From contig DASZWN010000003.1 in assembly GCA_035546575.1 (NCBI GenBank), positions 1,530-65,529 on the forward strand: 64,000 nucleotides of DNA. The letters run 5' to 3'. The position numbers and the translations under genes are program-made. Positions within the stretch are counted from its first letter, which is position 1. Every line of letters starts with the position of its first letter. This stretch comes from Minisyncoccota bacterium (GTDB taxonomy: Bacteria; Patescibacteriota; Minisyncoccia; Phycocordibacterales; SBAW01). The notes beneath the pieces are model-generated. The model made no database searches. It saw only the letters and a list, made by a program, of their open reading frames with translations, and had not been told where the DNA came from. Below, piece by piece: positions 39,269 through 48,416 of the stretch.

Positions 39269-40502
39269 AAAGCATTACTGCAAAGAGGCTGGTAAGCAGG
39301 GTGGAAAGTGTTTTAGCCCCCACCAAGCCCCATAAGCCAAAGAATAGTATCCCTGCAAACTGGAGCCCCAGCTGCGCCAGGGGCGCGGCGGTGTTGTATA
39401 TATAGAGCTTTCTAGTGTGTTTTTGCGCAATAAGCGCCGAGACCGCGACATTGCCCGCTACACCAAGCATCGTAAATGCATACAACATTGAGTACGCAAC
39501 CGATGTCTCGTATTGCGGAAAGAAGACGCGGAAAAACGGCAGCGCCAAAAGCGCGTAGACGCCTGCACCCAACAGACCTGCCAGAGTTAATTTAACGAGC
39601 TTTGGCCCCAAGCTCGCTCGGATCTCCTCGTCTGATTTTTCCGAGAACTTTGGCATCGCTGTAAGCGGAATGAACTTAAAGAAGTTGGCGAGCCGATCCG
39701 GGATAGCGGTGGCAAACGCGTACAGCGCCAGGTCGACAGCGCCTAAGTAGTGGAAGACAAGAATATTGTCAGCCTGGCCTACCAATGCACCAAACAGGCC
39801 CATTACACTCAGATGCTTTCCATACGTGAGTGCTTCTTCCTCAACGCGGTCGTTTGGTTTGTAGACGTTCAGTGTGCGGCGATACAACACCACCAGCATT
39901 ATCGCGTTGACGCACAGGTTTGCTGCGAGCAATAGCAAGGCCTGTTTAAAAAAGAAGGAAACAAGTATCAGTGCTGCATAAAAAGGAATATTAGTAAGCA
40001 GGTTGTAGAGAAATACGCGATAGAAGTCTTTCTTGCCGATAAGAAAAGATACGTAGGTATTGTACGTATTGATAATCGGAGTCAAGGCGCCGATTATGGC
40101 AAAGCCTCCTGCGAGCAGGTAATTACCTTGGAGTGCGTAGTAAAGCGCGCCAACAAGAGCCCCCACAAGCGGTATGAGCCCCCAGCGGAGTTGTATACCA
40201 ATTGAGGCCTTAAGTATGCCGTCGTAGCCGCGTGCTACCGATTGCGAGACGGCGGAGTTCATGCCCGAGAGCGTGAACGTGCCCGCTATGGCAAAGATCG
40301 AAAGCAGATATTGGTAATTGCCGTACACGTCTTTTGGGAGCAGATGCGCAAAAGCTATATAGAGTACTAGCGAAAATATAGAAATAGTTACGGAAGCCAG
40401 ATTGAGCCACCATCCTCCCGCAGCTAAATAGACCATATCGGTCTTGGTATAGCGCTCGCTCCAGCGTAGGAGCCGATATATATGATCGCGTAGGGCAGCC
40501 AT
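39231..40502 (-). CDS. wzx: Wzx-like oligosaccharide flippase
   Basis: About 12 TMs, YGNYQY, DNILVFHYLG, MPKFS. Confidence 0.75.
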   Translation of the reverse strand: MAALRDHIYRLLRWSERYTKTDMVYLAAGGWWLNLASVTISIFSLVLYIAFAHLLPKDVYGNYQYLLSIFAIAGTFTLSGMNSAVSQSVARGYDGILKASIGIQLRWGLIPLVGALVGALYYALQGNYLLAGGFAIIGALTPIINTYNTYVSFLIGKKDFYRVFLYNLLTNIPFYAALILVSFFFKQALLLLAANLCVNAIMLVVLYRRTLNVYKPNDRVEEEALTYGKHLSVMGLFGALVGQADNILVFHYLGAVDLALYAFATAIPDRLANFFKFIPLTAMPKFSEKSDEEIRASLGPKLVKLTLAGLLGAGVYALLALPFFRVFFPQYETSVAYSMLYAFTMLGVAGNVAVSALIAQKHTRKLYIYNTAAPLAQLGLQFAGILFFGLWGLVGAKTLSTLLTSLFAVMLFMRQRAPSQTDN

Positions 40503-40548
40503 GGACACCTTATACTACCAGTATACTCGTGATATAGTGTCTTCTATT

Positions 40549-42789
40549 ATGTCGTATACCAAATATCTCAGGTGGATTCTTATTGTCGGATTGTGCCTGG
40601 TCCCTTTTGTCTCCTTTATCATCGCTTCGGGCACGATTATCCCAAACATGTTCTTTCCGTACATCACGGGCAAGAATTTTGTATTCCGTATCCTAGTCGA
40701 GCTATTACTCTTGGTATATGTGGTGCTTGCGTTGCGCGAGCCGGCGTACCGGCCAAAATCGTCGCCGCTTATGTGGGCAGTGGGCGGGTTTGTGCTGTGG
40801 ATGGGCTTGGCAACGCTGTTTAGCGTTGACCCGGTCAAGAGCTTCTGGAGCAACTTTGAGCGCATGGACGGCTACATCACCGTGCTCCATATGTTTGCCC
40901 TCTTTGTGATTGCGAGCGCGGTGCTTGCAGCAGAAAAGTGGTGGGACCGCTTCTTTAATGTAGTTATAGCCGTTGCCGCTATCCAGGGGCTCGATGCGCT
41001 CGCCCAATTGCTCCATCTATTTGGGTTTGCGCCGTCGTCGCAAAGCGGTGCGCGTATCGACACGACATTCGGCAATGCGATCTATGTTGCCGTGTTTATG
41101 CTCTTTGCGATGTTTATAACCCTCTATATGCTCACGCGCGAGCGCCGCTCCGTGATGATGCAGTCGCTCTACGGCATTGCGCTGGTGCTTGAGGGAATGG
41201 CACTCTTTTACTCGCAGACGCGCGGCGCATTGCTCGGCGTAGTGCTCGGTCTGGTGGTTGCGGGTGTATATGTTGCGGTACGCGCCAACACTCCCGAGTG
41301 GAAGACGCTGCGCATGTGGTCTATGGGGCTTCTGGCCGCACTCGTAGTGTTGGCCGGTACGTTTTATGCAATCCGCGACACCAGCTTTGTCAAAAGCAGC
41401 CCGACGCTTAACCGCATTGCTCTGATCTCGCTTACCGACACTACAACCTTGTCGCGCTTTACGCTTTGGAAGGACATGGCTCTCCCGGGCGCGATGGAAA
41501 AACCCATCTTCGGTTGGGGGCAAGAAAACTTCAGCTTTATCTTCAACAAATATTATGTGCCGAGTATGTACAACCAGGAGCAATGGTTTGATCGCACGCA
41601 CAACGAGTTTATCGACTGGCTGGTGGCAGGCGGTATCCCGGCGTTCCTGCTCTATATCTCGTTTTTTGCGCTCGCCGCATGGGCGATTGTCCGCTCAAGC
41701 CTCAACGCTCCGGAGCAGGGCATATTGCTCGGCCTCTTGGCTGCCTATGGCTTTAGCAACCTAACGGTGTTCCACGACCTGATGAGTTTTGCGTGCTTCT
41801 TCCTAATACTTGCGTTTGTGCATGCGCTCTCTTGGCGGCCGCTCCCGCGTTACATGATCCTGTACAAACCGGTACACGACCACGGTATTGCTATTGTGGC
41901 GCCCATTGCAGCGCTCGTGCTGCTTACGGGTGCATGGTTCTTTAACGCGGGCGGTCTTGCGCGCGCGCAAACACTCCTTAACGCCATACAAGGCAATGAC
42001 CCGGCCACTGGTGCCGTTATTACGCCCGAGCAGCATCTCGCATACTTTAAGCAGTCGCTTAGCTATGGTCCGTTGGGTAAACAAGAAAACGTCGAGCAGC
42101 TCTTCCAGTACGCATCGAGCGCAGTAGCGCCTTCTACCTCGGTTAATCCGGATACTAAGCAAGCTATCTATACCTTTACGCATGTCGCAGGAGATGCGCT
42201 CCTGGCCTCCCGCCCGGGCGATGCGCGCCTCGAGCTCTTTATGAGCGTGTTCTTGCTCCAGTTTGGTCAGTATAACGAAGCCCTTGAGCACCTCAAAAAG
42301 GCCGAGGCAGTTTCGCCAGATAAGCAACAGATCCTCTTCCAGCTTGGCACCACCTACCTGCAGCAAGGCGATACCACCAACGCGCTCGCTGTACTCAAGA
42401 AGGCGTTTGACCTTGACTCTAGCTACGATGATGCCCGGGTGCTCTATGCAGGTGCGCTCTATTTCGCAGGGCAGAAGTCGCAGGCAGATGCGCTCTTGAC
42501 CGAGAAGTTTGGTACGGTGCTTGTCGACAACGACCGCCTGATCCAGATCTATACCAGCATCAAACAATGGGATCGCGTTATCGGTATCTGGCTCGCTCGT
42601 GTAAACGCATCTCCAAAAGACACCAACGTGCTGCTTGGTCTTGCAGGCGCATACTTCCAGTCAGGCGATGGCGCAAAGACAATAGAAATACTGCAGAAGG
42701 TCTCGCAGCTCGACCCGGCACAAGCCGGCCAGATGCAGCAGATCATTACGCAGATCAAAAACGGCACGCTCAAACCTGGACAGCAATAG
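40549..42789 (+). CDS. O-antigen ligase (Wzy_C/WaaL/PglL-like) fused to C-terminal TPR repeats
   Basis: TFGNAIY, SQTRGA, SRFTLW, GWGQENF, DRTHNEFID, TPR helices. Confidence 0.88.
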   Translation: MSYTKYLRWILIVGLCLVPFVSFIIASGTIIPNMFFPYITGKNFVFRILVELLLLVYVVLALREPAYRPKSSPLMWAVGGFVLWMGLATLFSVDPVKSFWSNFERMDGYITVLHMFALFVIASAVLAAEKWWDRFFNVVIAVAAIQGLDALAQLLHLFGFAPSSQSGARIDTTFGNAIYVAVFMLFAMFITLYMLTRERRSVMMQSLYGIALVLEGMALFYSQTRGALLGVVLGLVVAGVYVAVRANTPEWKTLRMWSMGLLAALVVLAGTFYAIRDTSFVKSSPTLNRIALISLTDTTTLSRFTLWKDMALPGAMEKPIFGWGQENFSFIFNKYYVPSMYNQEQWFDRTHNEFIDWLVAGGIPAFLLYISFFALAAWAIVRSSLNAPEQGILLGLLAAYGFSNLTVFHDLMSFACFFLILAFVHALSWRPLPRYMILYKPVHDHGIAIVAPIAALVLLTGAWFFNAGGLARAQTLLNAIQGNDPATGAVITPEQHLAYFKQSLSYGPLGKQENVEQLFQYASSAVAPSTSVNPDTKQAIYTFTHVAGDALLASRPGDARLELFMSVFLLQFGQYNEALEHLKKAEAVSPDKQQILFQLGTTYLQQGDTTNALAVLKKAFDLDSSYDDARVLYAGALYFAGQKSQADALLTEKFGTVLVDNDRLIQIYTSIKQWDRVIGIWLARVNASPKDTNVLLGLAGAYFQSGDGAKTIEILQKVSQLDPAQAGQMQQIITQIKNGTLKPGQQ

Positions 42790-42810
42790 GGGAGGCGGTA
42801 TACTTGATGT

Positions 42811-42884
42811 GTGTGAGTGCTGGATATGCCAGCTGCCAGAAACATTGTTACGAGAGTCCCCAGACAATGGGGGCTTTTCGTTTC
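42811..42884 (+). ncRNA. putative small RNA with its own terminator
   Basis: TATACT at 42799-42804, hairpin GCTGG/CCAGC, terminator AGTCCCC/GGGGGCT followed by TTTCGTTT. Confidence 0.45.
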
Positions 42885-42899
42885 TGTTATACTCAAAGA

Positions 42900-42978
42900 G
42901 TGCGCATCGAGTGGGGAGCGACTGCACTCACATCATGACAATGTTTTGGAGCTCGCATCCGCTTCCCACTGGGTGCAC
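42900..42978 (+). ncRNA. long irregular hairpin RNA or murB 5' leader
   Basis: Extended -10 TGTTATACT at 42885-42893; stem AGTGGGGAGCG(42910-20)/CGCTTCCCACT(42960-70). Confidence 0.45.
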
Positions 42979-42986
42979 ACAAAGTG

Positions 42987-43988
42987 ATGAATATACAGGA
43001 ACATGCTGCCTTAGCCCCTTTAACCACTTTTGGTATAGGAGGACCGGCAGCATATCTTGTACGTGCTGGTACGACAGAAGAAATCGCAGAAGCGCTTCAA
43101 TTTGCACAAGAGCATAGACTTAAAGTTTTTATACTCGGCGGCGGCTCCAACACGCTCTTTCCAGACAACGGCTTTGACGGACTGGTTATAAAAATAGAGA
43201 ACACAGGCATCACCCAGGAGGGAGATGTTGTTATTGCGGAAGCGGGCGAGAGTTGGGACAGGGTCGTAGAGTATGCAGTACAGCACGGGTTGTGGGGTAT
43301 CGAAAACTTGTCAGGCATACCGGGCACTGTGGGCGGCGCAGTCGTGCAGAACATCGGCGCCTATGGAGCGGCCCTCTCGCAAACGCTCACATGGGTGGAG
43401 GTATACGACACGCACGCAAAAGAAGTTACACAACTTACAGCGAGTGATTGTGCTTTTGGGTATCGCGACAGCATATTTAAACAAAAAGATGGCAAGTACA
43501 TTGTGTTGCGCGCAGCGCTTAAACTTTCGAGCACTGCTGCTCCCGATCTTTCATACAGGGACCTGAATCAGCGTTTTAAAAATGCTACTCCAGAACTCGC
43601 CGAGATCCGGAGCGCGGTTATAGAGATCCGCAACAACAAATTCCCTGATCTCGCACGCGAGGGTACTGCCGGCTCGTTCTTTAAAAACCCCGTGCTCCCT
43701 CTCGCACAGGCGCAGGCGCTCCGCGAGCAGTACCCGGATATGCCGCTGTTTGATCTGCCAGAATCGTCCGGCGTAAAAGTGCCGCTTGGTTGGATACTTG
43801 ACCATGTGCTTAAGGTCCGCGGATTGCGTATCGGTAGCGCGCGTTTGTTTGAGAAGCAGGCACTCGTGATCGTTGCCGACAATAACCGCTCCTCAAAAGA
43901 TGTGAGAGAACTTGCGCAAGAAATACAAAAAAAAGTATTTGCGACAATTGCTATTGCGATAAAACCAGAAGTAACGATTGTGCAGTGA
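42987..43988 (+). CDS. murB: UDP-N-acetylenolpyruvoylglucosamine reductase
   Basis: TFGIGG, LGGGSN, GIPGTVGG, QNIGAYG, FGYRDS, AGSFFKNP, PEV. Confidence 0.95.
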   Translation: MNIQEHAALAPLTTFGIGGPAAYLVRAGTTEEIAEALQFAQEHRLKVFILGGGSNTLFPDNGFDGLVIKIENTGITQEGDVVIAEAGESWDRVVEYAVQHGLWGIENLSGIPGTVGGAVVQNIGAYGAALSQTLTWVEVYDTHAKEVTQLTASDCAFGYRDSIFKQKDGKYIVLRAALKLSSTAAPDLSYRDLNQRFKNATPELAEIRSAVIEIRNNKFPDLAREGTAGSFFKNPVLPLAQAQALREQYPDMPLFDLPESSGVKVPLGWILDHVLKVRGLRIGSARLFEKQALVIVADNNRSSKDVRELAQEIQKKVFATIAIAIKPEVTIVQ

Positions 43989-43992
43989 TAAA

Positions 43993-44012
43993 CCTGCCTG
44001 CCGGTAGGCAGG
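43993..44012. repeat. REP-like palindrome, intergenic copy
   Basis: Identical to 3628-3647. Confidence 0.85.
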
Positions 44013-44176
44013 AGTTATCCACACATATTTTTATTTTTTCGTTGTATGTCGCAGTGCAATCATCAATACTAGTGTGTAGGGCATCGAGCATTTGTTTTTG
44101 TGGCGTCCCTCGCGAGCGCACAACTAACAAGGTCGATCGATGCGAAACTTAATTGCGAGTCTATCGCACAAACTTT

Positions 44177-44236
44177 ATGGCCAAGAAAAAGAAGGCAAAG
44201 GCAAAGAAAAAGAAGGCAACCAAGAAGCGCCGATAA
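44177..44236 (+). CDS. 19-aa Lys/Arg-rich peptide MAKKKKAKAKKKKATKKRR
   Basis: ATG...TAA ORF embedded in a multi-hairpin region that ends in a terminator. Confidence 0.55.
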   Translation: MAKKKKAKAKKKKATKKRR

Positions 44237-44353
44237 CCCGCTTCGCGGGATATTGCCGTCGCTTGCTCGGAAATAAAAAGTTTTTATTTCTCTCGCTCGC
44301 TAGGCAATAGTGGGCTTCCGCATTGGCATCTCGCCGATGCGAATCCTCTCGAA

Positions 44354-44392
44354 AGAAAAGCCGTCTTCCTGGGAGACGGCTTTTCTCTTTTT
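44354..44392. terminator. intrinsic terminator upstream of secA
   Basis: AGAAAAGCCGTCT-tcctggg-AGACGGCTTTTCT followed by CTTTTT. Confidence 0.85.
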
Positions 44393-44410
44393 GTGGTATA
44401 GTATTTGCTC

Positions 44411-46924
44411 ATGTTTTCCCTCAAAAACCTGTTCGGAGTTAACAGCGCAAAAGCCCTAGGAGGGGCGAGCGGCGTTGTCGACGCTATCAACCGTTTAGAG
44501 CCTCAGATGGAAGGATTGTCCGACGAGGCTCTGCGTAAGCTCACGCACGACTTCCGCAATCGGCTCAGCGCGGGCGAGACACTCGACGACCTCCTCCCGG
44601 AGGCGTTTGCGGCGGTCCGCGAGGCATCTCGCCGCACGCTCAAACTGCGCCATTTTGATGTACAGCTTATCGGCGGGTTGGTGCTCCATCGCGGCGGCAT
44701 TGCCGAGATGAAAACCGGCGAGGGCAAGACGCTTGTGGCTACGCTGCCTGCATATTTGAATGCGCTAGAGAATCGCGGCGTACACGTAGTCACCGTCAAC
44801 GACTATCTCGCACGCCGCGACGCAGTGTGGATGGGCCAAGTGTATGCAGCGCTCGGGCTCTCGGTTGGCATCATCAATCACGACTCTTCTTATGTATACG
44901 ACGGCTCACATATACAGGCGCAGGAAGATGCAATGCGCGACCAGGAGGGGAGCTTTAGGGTATTTTATGATTTTTTGCGCCCTTGCACGCGCGCAGAGGC
45001 ATACGCCGCGGACATCACCTACGGCACCAACTCCGAATTCGGCTTTGACTATCTGCGCGACAATATTGCCTACAGCGCGCGCGAGCTGCGCCAGCGCGGC
45101 CACGCATACGCGATAGTCGACGAGATCGACTCGATCCTTATCGACGAGGCTCGTACGCCGCTTATCATCTCTGCGCCTGCGCAAGATTCCGAGAATCTCT
45201 ACACGACGTTTGCCAAAGTCGCTGCAAGCCTCAAGCCCGAGGTTGACTACACGGTCGACGAGAAGCGCAAGGCGATACAAATGACCGATGCGGGCATCAG
45301 CAGCGCCGAAAAGATGCTCGGCATAGACAATATCTATACCGAAAAGGGCATCAAATACGTGCACCACCTCGAGACGGCGGTGCGCGCCCAGGCGCTTTTT
45401 AAAGTTGATAAGGAGTATGTCGTTAAAAACGGCGAGGTGGTGATTGTTGATGAGTCGACCGGCCGCATGCAGCCGGGGCGCCGCTGGAGCGAGGGCCTCC
45501 ACCAGGCTATTGAGGCCAAAGAGGGTGTAACTATACAAAAAGAGTCGCGCACATTCGCCTCGATTACCTACCAAAACTACTTTAAACTCTACGGAAAGCT
45601 TGCTGGTATGACCGGCACTGCGGCAACATCGAGCGAAGAGTTTTATAAAGTATACGGGCTCGAGGTTGCTGATATCCCGACCAACAAGCCGGTGGTCCGC
45701 CAAGACCATGGCGACCTTATCTTCCAGACGGAGAAGGGCAAATTTAGCGCGCTCGCACGCATGATCAAAACTGTGCACGAAAAGGGCCAGCCCGTGCTTG
45801 TCGGCACCGTATCTATCGAAAAGAACGAGCTTTTGAGCGCGTATCTAAAGCGCGAGGGTATCCCGCATGAGGTACTCAACGCCAAAAACCACGAGCGCGA
45901 AGGCGAAATCATTGCTGAGGCGGGCAAGCGTGGCCGCGTAACGGTCGCAACAAACATGGCGGGCCGCGGTGTCGATATTAAGCTCGGCGGAGCGATGGCG
46001 AGCGCCGACGAGGCGGAAGCAGTACGGCAAGTTGGCGGATTGTTTGTGGTAGGTACCGAGCGGCACGAGGCGCGCCGCATCGACAACCAGCTGCGCGGCC
46101 GCTCCGGCCGCCAGGGCGATCCGGGCGAGACACAATTCCTCGTTTCTCTTGAGGATAACCTTATGCGCGTGTTTGCATCTGACACGATAAAAAATATGAT
46201 GGGCCGTTTTGGTATCCCAGAGGACGAGCCGATCCAGAACAAGCTCGTGTCTCGTGCGCTCGAGAGCGCGCAGACAAAAATAGAGGGCTTTAACTTTGAC
46301 TCGCGCAAACATGTGCTCGAGTTCGACAACGTGCTTGATAGGCAGCGCCGCGCCGTATATGCCAAGCGCCGCGCGGTGCTTGTTGGCACGTCAGACGAGG
46401 TTGCCGCGGTGCTGAGCGAGCTTGCGGGAGAGAACCCGGAGGCTCAAGCGCTCCTTGCTAAAAAAGAAGAGGAGCTGGGGCGCGAAGGCTTGCTTGCTGC
46501 TGCTCGCACCATCGTGCTCCAGACACTCGATATGCTCTGGGTGGAGCATTTGGAGAGCATGGAATATTTGCGAGGCTCGGTGAACCTGCGCGCCTATGGC
46601 CAGCGCGACCCGCTGGTGGAGTACCGCAAGGAGGGGACACAGATGTATCGCGAGCTTGAGATGGTGCTCACAAACCAGGTGTTTGAGCTGATCGAAAGGC
46701 TCACCAAAGAGGCGGCACAGAGTGCGACTTCGCTCGCGGCGGCTCCTACTACAACAAGTTTGGCAGCAATGGGTGCTGAACAGGCACAAGTGGCCGGCAT
46801 AGAGCGCAATGACCCATGCCCATGCGGTGCGATCAACCCTGCAACGGGTAAAGTATACAAATGGAAAAATTGCGGGCTCAAAAACACTCCCGAGCACCAA
46901 AAGCTCATGGCAGAGAAAAAATAA
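44411..46924 (+). CDS. secA: preprotein translocase subunit SecA
   Basis: MKTGEGKT, DEIDSILIDEARTPLIIS, ATNMAGRGVDI, QLRGRSGRQGDPG, RNDPCPCG. Confidence 0.98.
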   Translation: MFSLKNLFGVNSAKALGGASGVVDAINRLEPQMEGLSDEALRKLTHDFRNRLSAGETLDDLLPEAFAAVREASRRTLKLRHFDVQLIGGLVLHRGGIAEMKTGEGKTLVATLPAYLNALENRGVHVVTVNDYLARRDAVWMGQVYAALGLSVGIINHDSSYVYDGSHIQAQEDAMRDQEGSFRVFYDFLRPCTRAEAYAADITYGTNSEFGFDYLRDNIAYSARELRQRGHAYAIVDEIDSILIDEARTPLIISAPAQDSENLYTTFAKVAASLKPEVDYTVDEKRKAIQMTDAGISSAEKMLGIDNIYTEKGIKYVHHLETAVRAQALFKVDKEYVVKNGEVVIVDESTGRMQPGRRWSEGLHQAIEAKEGVTIQKESRTFASITYQNYFKLYGKLAGMTGTAATSSEEFYKVYGLEVADIPTNKPVVRQDHGDLIFQTEKGKFSALARMIKTVHEKGQPVLVGTVSIEKNELLSAYLKREGIPHEVLNAKNHEREGEIIAEAGKRGRVTVATNMAGRGVDIKLGGAMASADEAEAVRQVGGLFVVGTERHEARRIDNQLRGRSGRQGDPGETQFLVSLEDNLMRVFASDTIKNMMGRFGIPEDEPIQNKLVSRALESAQTKIEGFNFDSRKHVLEFDNVLDRQRRAVYAKRRAVLVGTSDEVAAVLSELAGENPEAQALLAKKEEELGREGLLAAARTIVLQTLDMLWVEHLESMEYLRGSVNLRAYGQRDPLVEYRKEGTQMYRELEMVLTNQVFELIERLTKEAAQSATSLAAAPTTTSLAAMGAEQAQVAGIERNDPCPCGAINPATGKVYKWKNCGLKNTPEHQKLMAEKK

Positions 46925-47379
46925 TGACAGAGCGATTCAAGCTAATTCCAGAAGTCTTCCTGATTCTTATAAAAGACGGTAAAGTTTTACTCTCGCGGCG
47001 AGCTAATACCGGTTACATGGACGGGCATTACGGGCTAGTAGCTGGGCATGCTGAGGAGCATGAGCCTATGCGTACAGCACTTGCGCGCGAGGCAAAAGAA
47101 GAAGCGGGCATTACTATCAACCCGCAAAATTTGCGCCATATTGTTACCATCCACCGCTACTGTCCCGACCCAGAGAATATTCACGAGCGAATTGGTTTTT
47201 ACTTCACAACCGATAGTTGGAAAGGAGAAATACTAAATACCGAGCCGGATAAGTGCGATGATCTTTCCTGGTTTCCTATAAGCGACTTGCCACACAACAC
47301 TATCGACTACGTAAAAGAAGCGATAGGGTGCTTCGTATCAGGACAGAGTTATTTAGAATTTGGATTTGATCATGCCTAA
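46924..47379 (+). CDS. NUDIX hydrolase
   Basis: GHAEEHEPMRTALAREAKEEAGI Nudix box; NTEPDKC. Confidence 0.9.
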   Translation: MTERFKLIPEVFLILIKDGKVLLSRRANTGYMDGHYGLVAGHAEEHEPMRTALAREAKEEAGITINPQNLRHIVTIHRYCPDPENIHERIGFYFTTDSWKGEILNTEPDKCDDLSWFPISDLPHNTIDYVKEAIGCFVSGQSYLEFGFDHA

Positions 47380-47581
47380 AGTCGGAGCCACATACCAGCA
47401 CTACAAAGGTGCACACTACAAAGTGCTTTTTATTGCGCAGCATAGCGATACTGAGGAAAAGCTCGTGATCTACCAAGATGTCGACCACCCGGAAAAGGTC
47501 TGGGCGCGCTCACCCGAAGTGTTTATGGGTGAAACAGAGTGGGAGGGTAAGAAGGTCGCGCGATTTACTCTGGTTGCATAG
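47372..47581 (+). CDS. DUF1653 family protein
   Basis: YQHYKG..Y, HSDTEE.LVIY, WAR...F, RF. Confidence 0.85.
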   Translation: MPKVGATYQHYKGAHYKVLFIAQHSDTEEKLVIYQDVDHPEKVWARSPEVFMGETEWEGKKVARFTLVA

Positions 47582-47593
47582 TAGAATAAACAG

Positions 47594-48352
47594 ATGCTAT
47601 CGCTCGACCCGCTTATACTCGCTCCCGCCGCTTTTTTGGCGGGCGTTTTGATGTTCTTGGCGCCTTGTACGCTGCCTATTGTGCCTGGGTATCTTGCGTT
47701 CATTTCAGGGAGCGTAGCTTCCGGAAATGAACAAATTAAAAAGCGCCGGAATAATGTAGTGCGCAATGCGATATTTTTTGTAATTGGCTTCTCATTTGTT
47801 TTTATGTTGCTCGGCACGTTTGCTGGATTCTTTGGTATGTTCTTGGCACCGTGGAAAGACTTCCTCGGAAGGCTCGCGGGGTTAGTGATTATCATCTTCG
47901 GCCTCACGATGCTCGGGTTACTGCGCTTGCCGGGGCTCGGCGGCGAGCATCATTTCCGCATGCCCAAATTTTTGGCAGTTGGACACCCGCAGAGCTCATT
48001 TTTGATTGGCGCCTTGTTTGCGCTTGGCTGGAGTCCATGCATTGGGCCGATACTCGGCACGGTACTTATCTTTGCATCAACTTCCTCCACCGCGTTTGCG
48101 GGTGCTTTATTGCTCGCGGCCTTCTCGTTCGGGCTTGGATTGCCATTTATTCTCACGGCGGTGTTTCTTGAAAGTCTGCATGCCTCTTTTGCAAAGTGGG
48201 GGACATTAGTAACCGCACTTTCCTACATCGGCGGCACAGTGCTTGTTGCGCTCGGAGTCCTGATGCTTTTTGGTGATATGGGTCTGCTCATAACGTGGGG
48301 CTACAAATTCTTTGATTTTATCGGCTACGGCCGGTTGCTTAACTATCTCTAA
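47594..48352 (+). CDS. ccdA: cytochrome c biogenesis CcdA / DsbD transmembrane-domain protein
   Basis: APCTLPIVP and WSPCIGPIL Cys motifs, six TMs. Confidence 0.9.
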   Translation: MLSLDPLILAPAAFLAGVLMFLAPCTLPIVPGYLAFISGSVASGNEQIKKRRNNVVRNAIFFVIGFSFVFMLLGTFAGFFGMFLAPWKDFLGRLAGLVIIIFGLTMLGLLRLPGLGGEHHFRMPKFLAVGHPQSSFLIGALFALGWSPCIGPILGTVLIFASTSSTAFAGALLLAAFSFGLGLPFILTAVFLESLHASFAKWGTLVTALSYIGGTVLVALGVLMLFGDMGLLITWGYKFFDFIGYGRLLNYL

Positions 48353-48416
48353 GCTTCACGCGCAGCGTTTTTTGTGGTATATCGGAACCAGGAACAGTTC
48401 CATGAAAGGGCTGCAT

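Noticed and set aside
44080-44392. tmRNA, RNase P RNA or SRP RNA
   Set aside because: No tRNA-like ends or ...ALAA-type tag, no GAGGAAAGTCC, and no SRP GGAA/AGCAG motif
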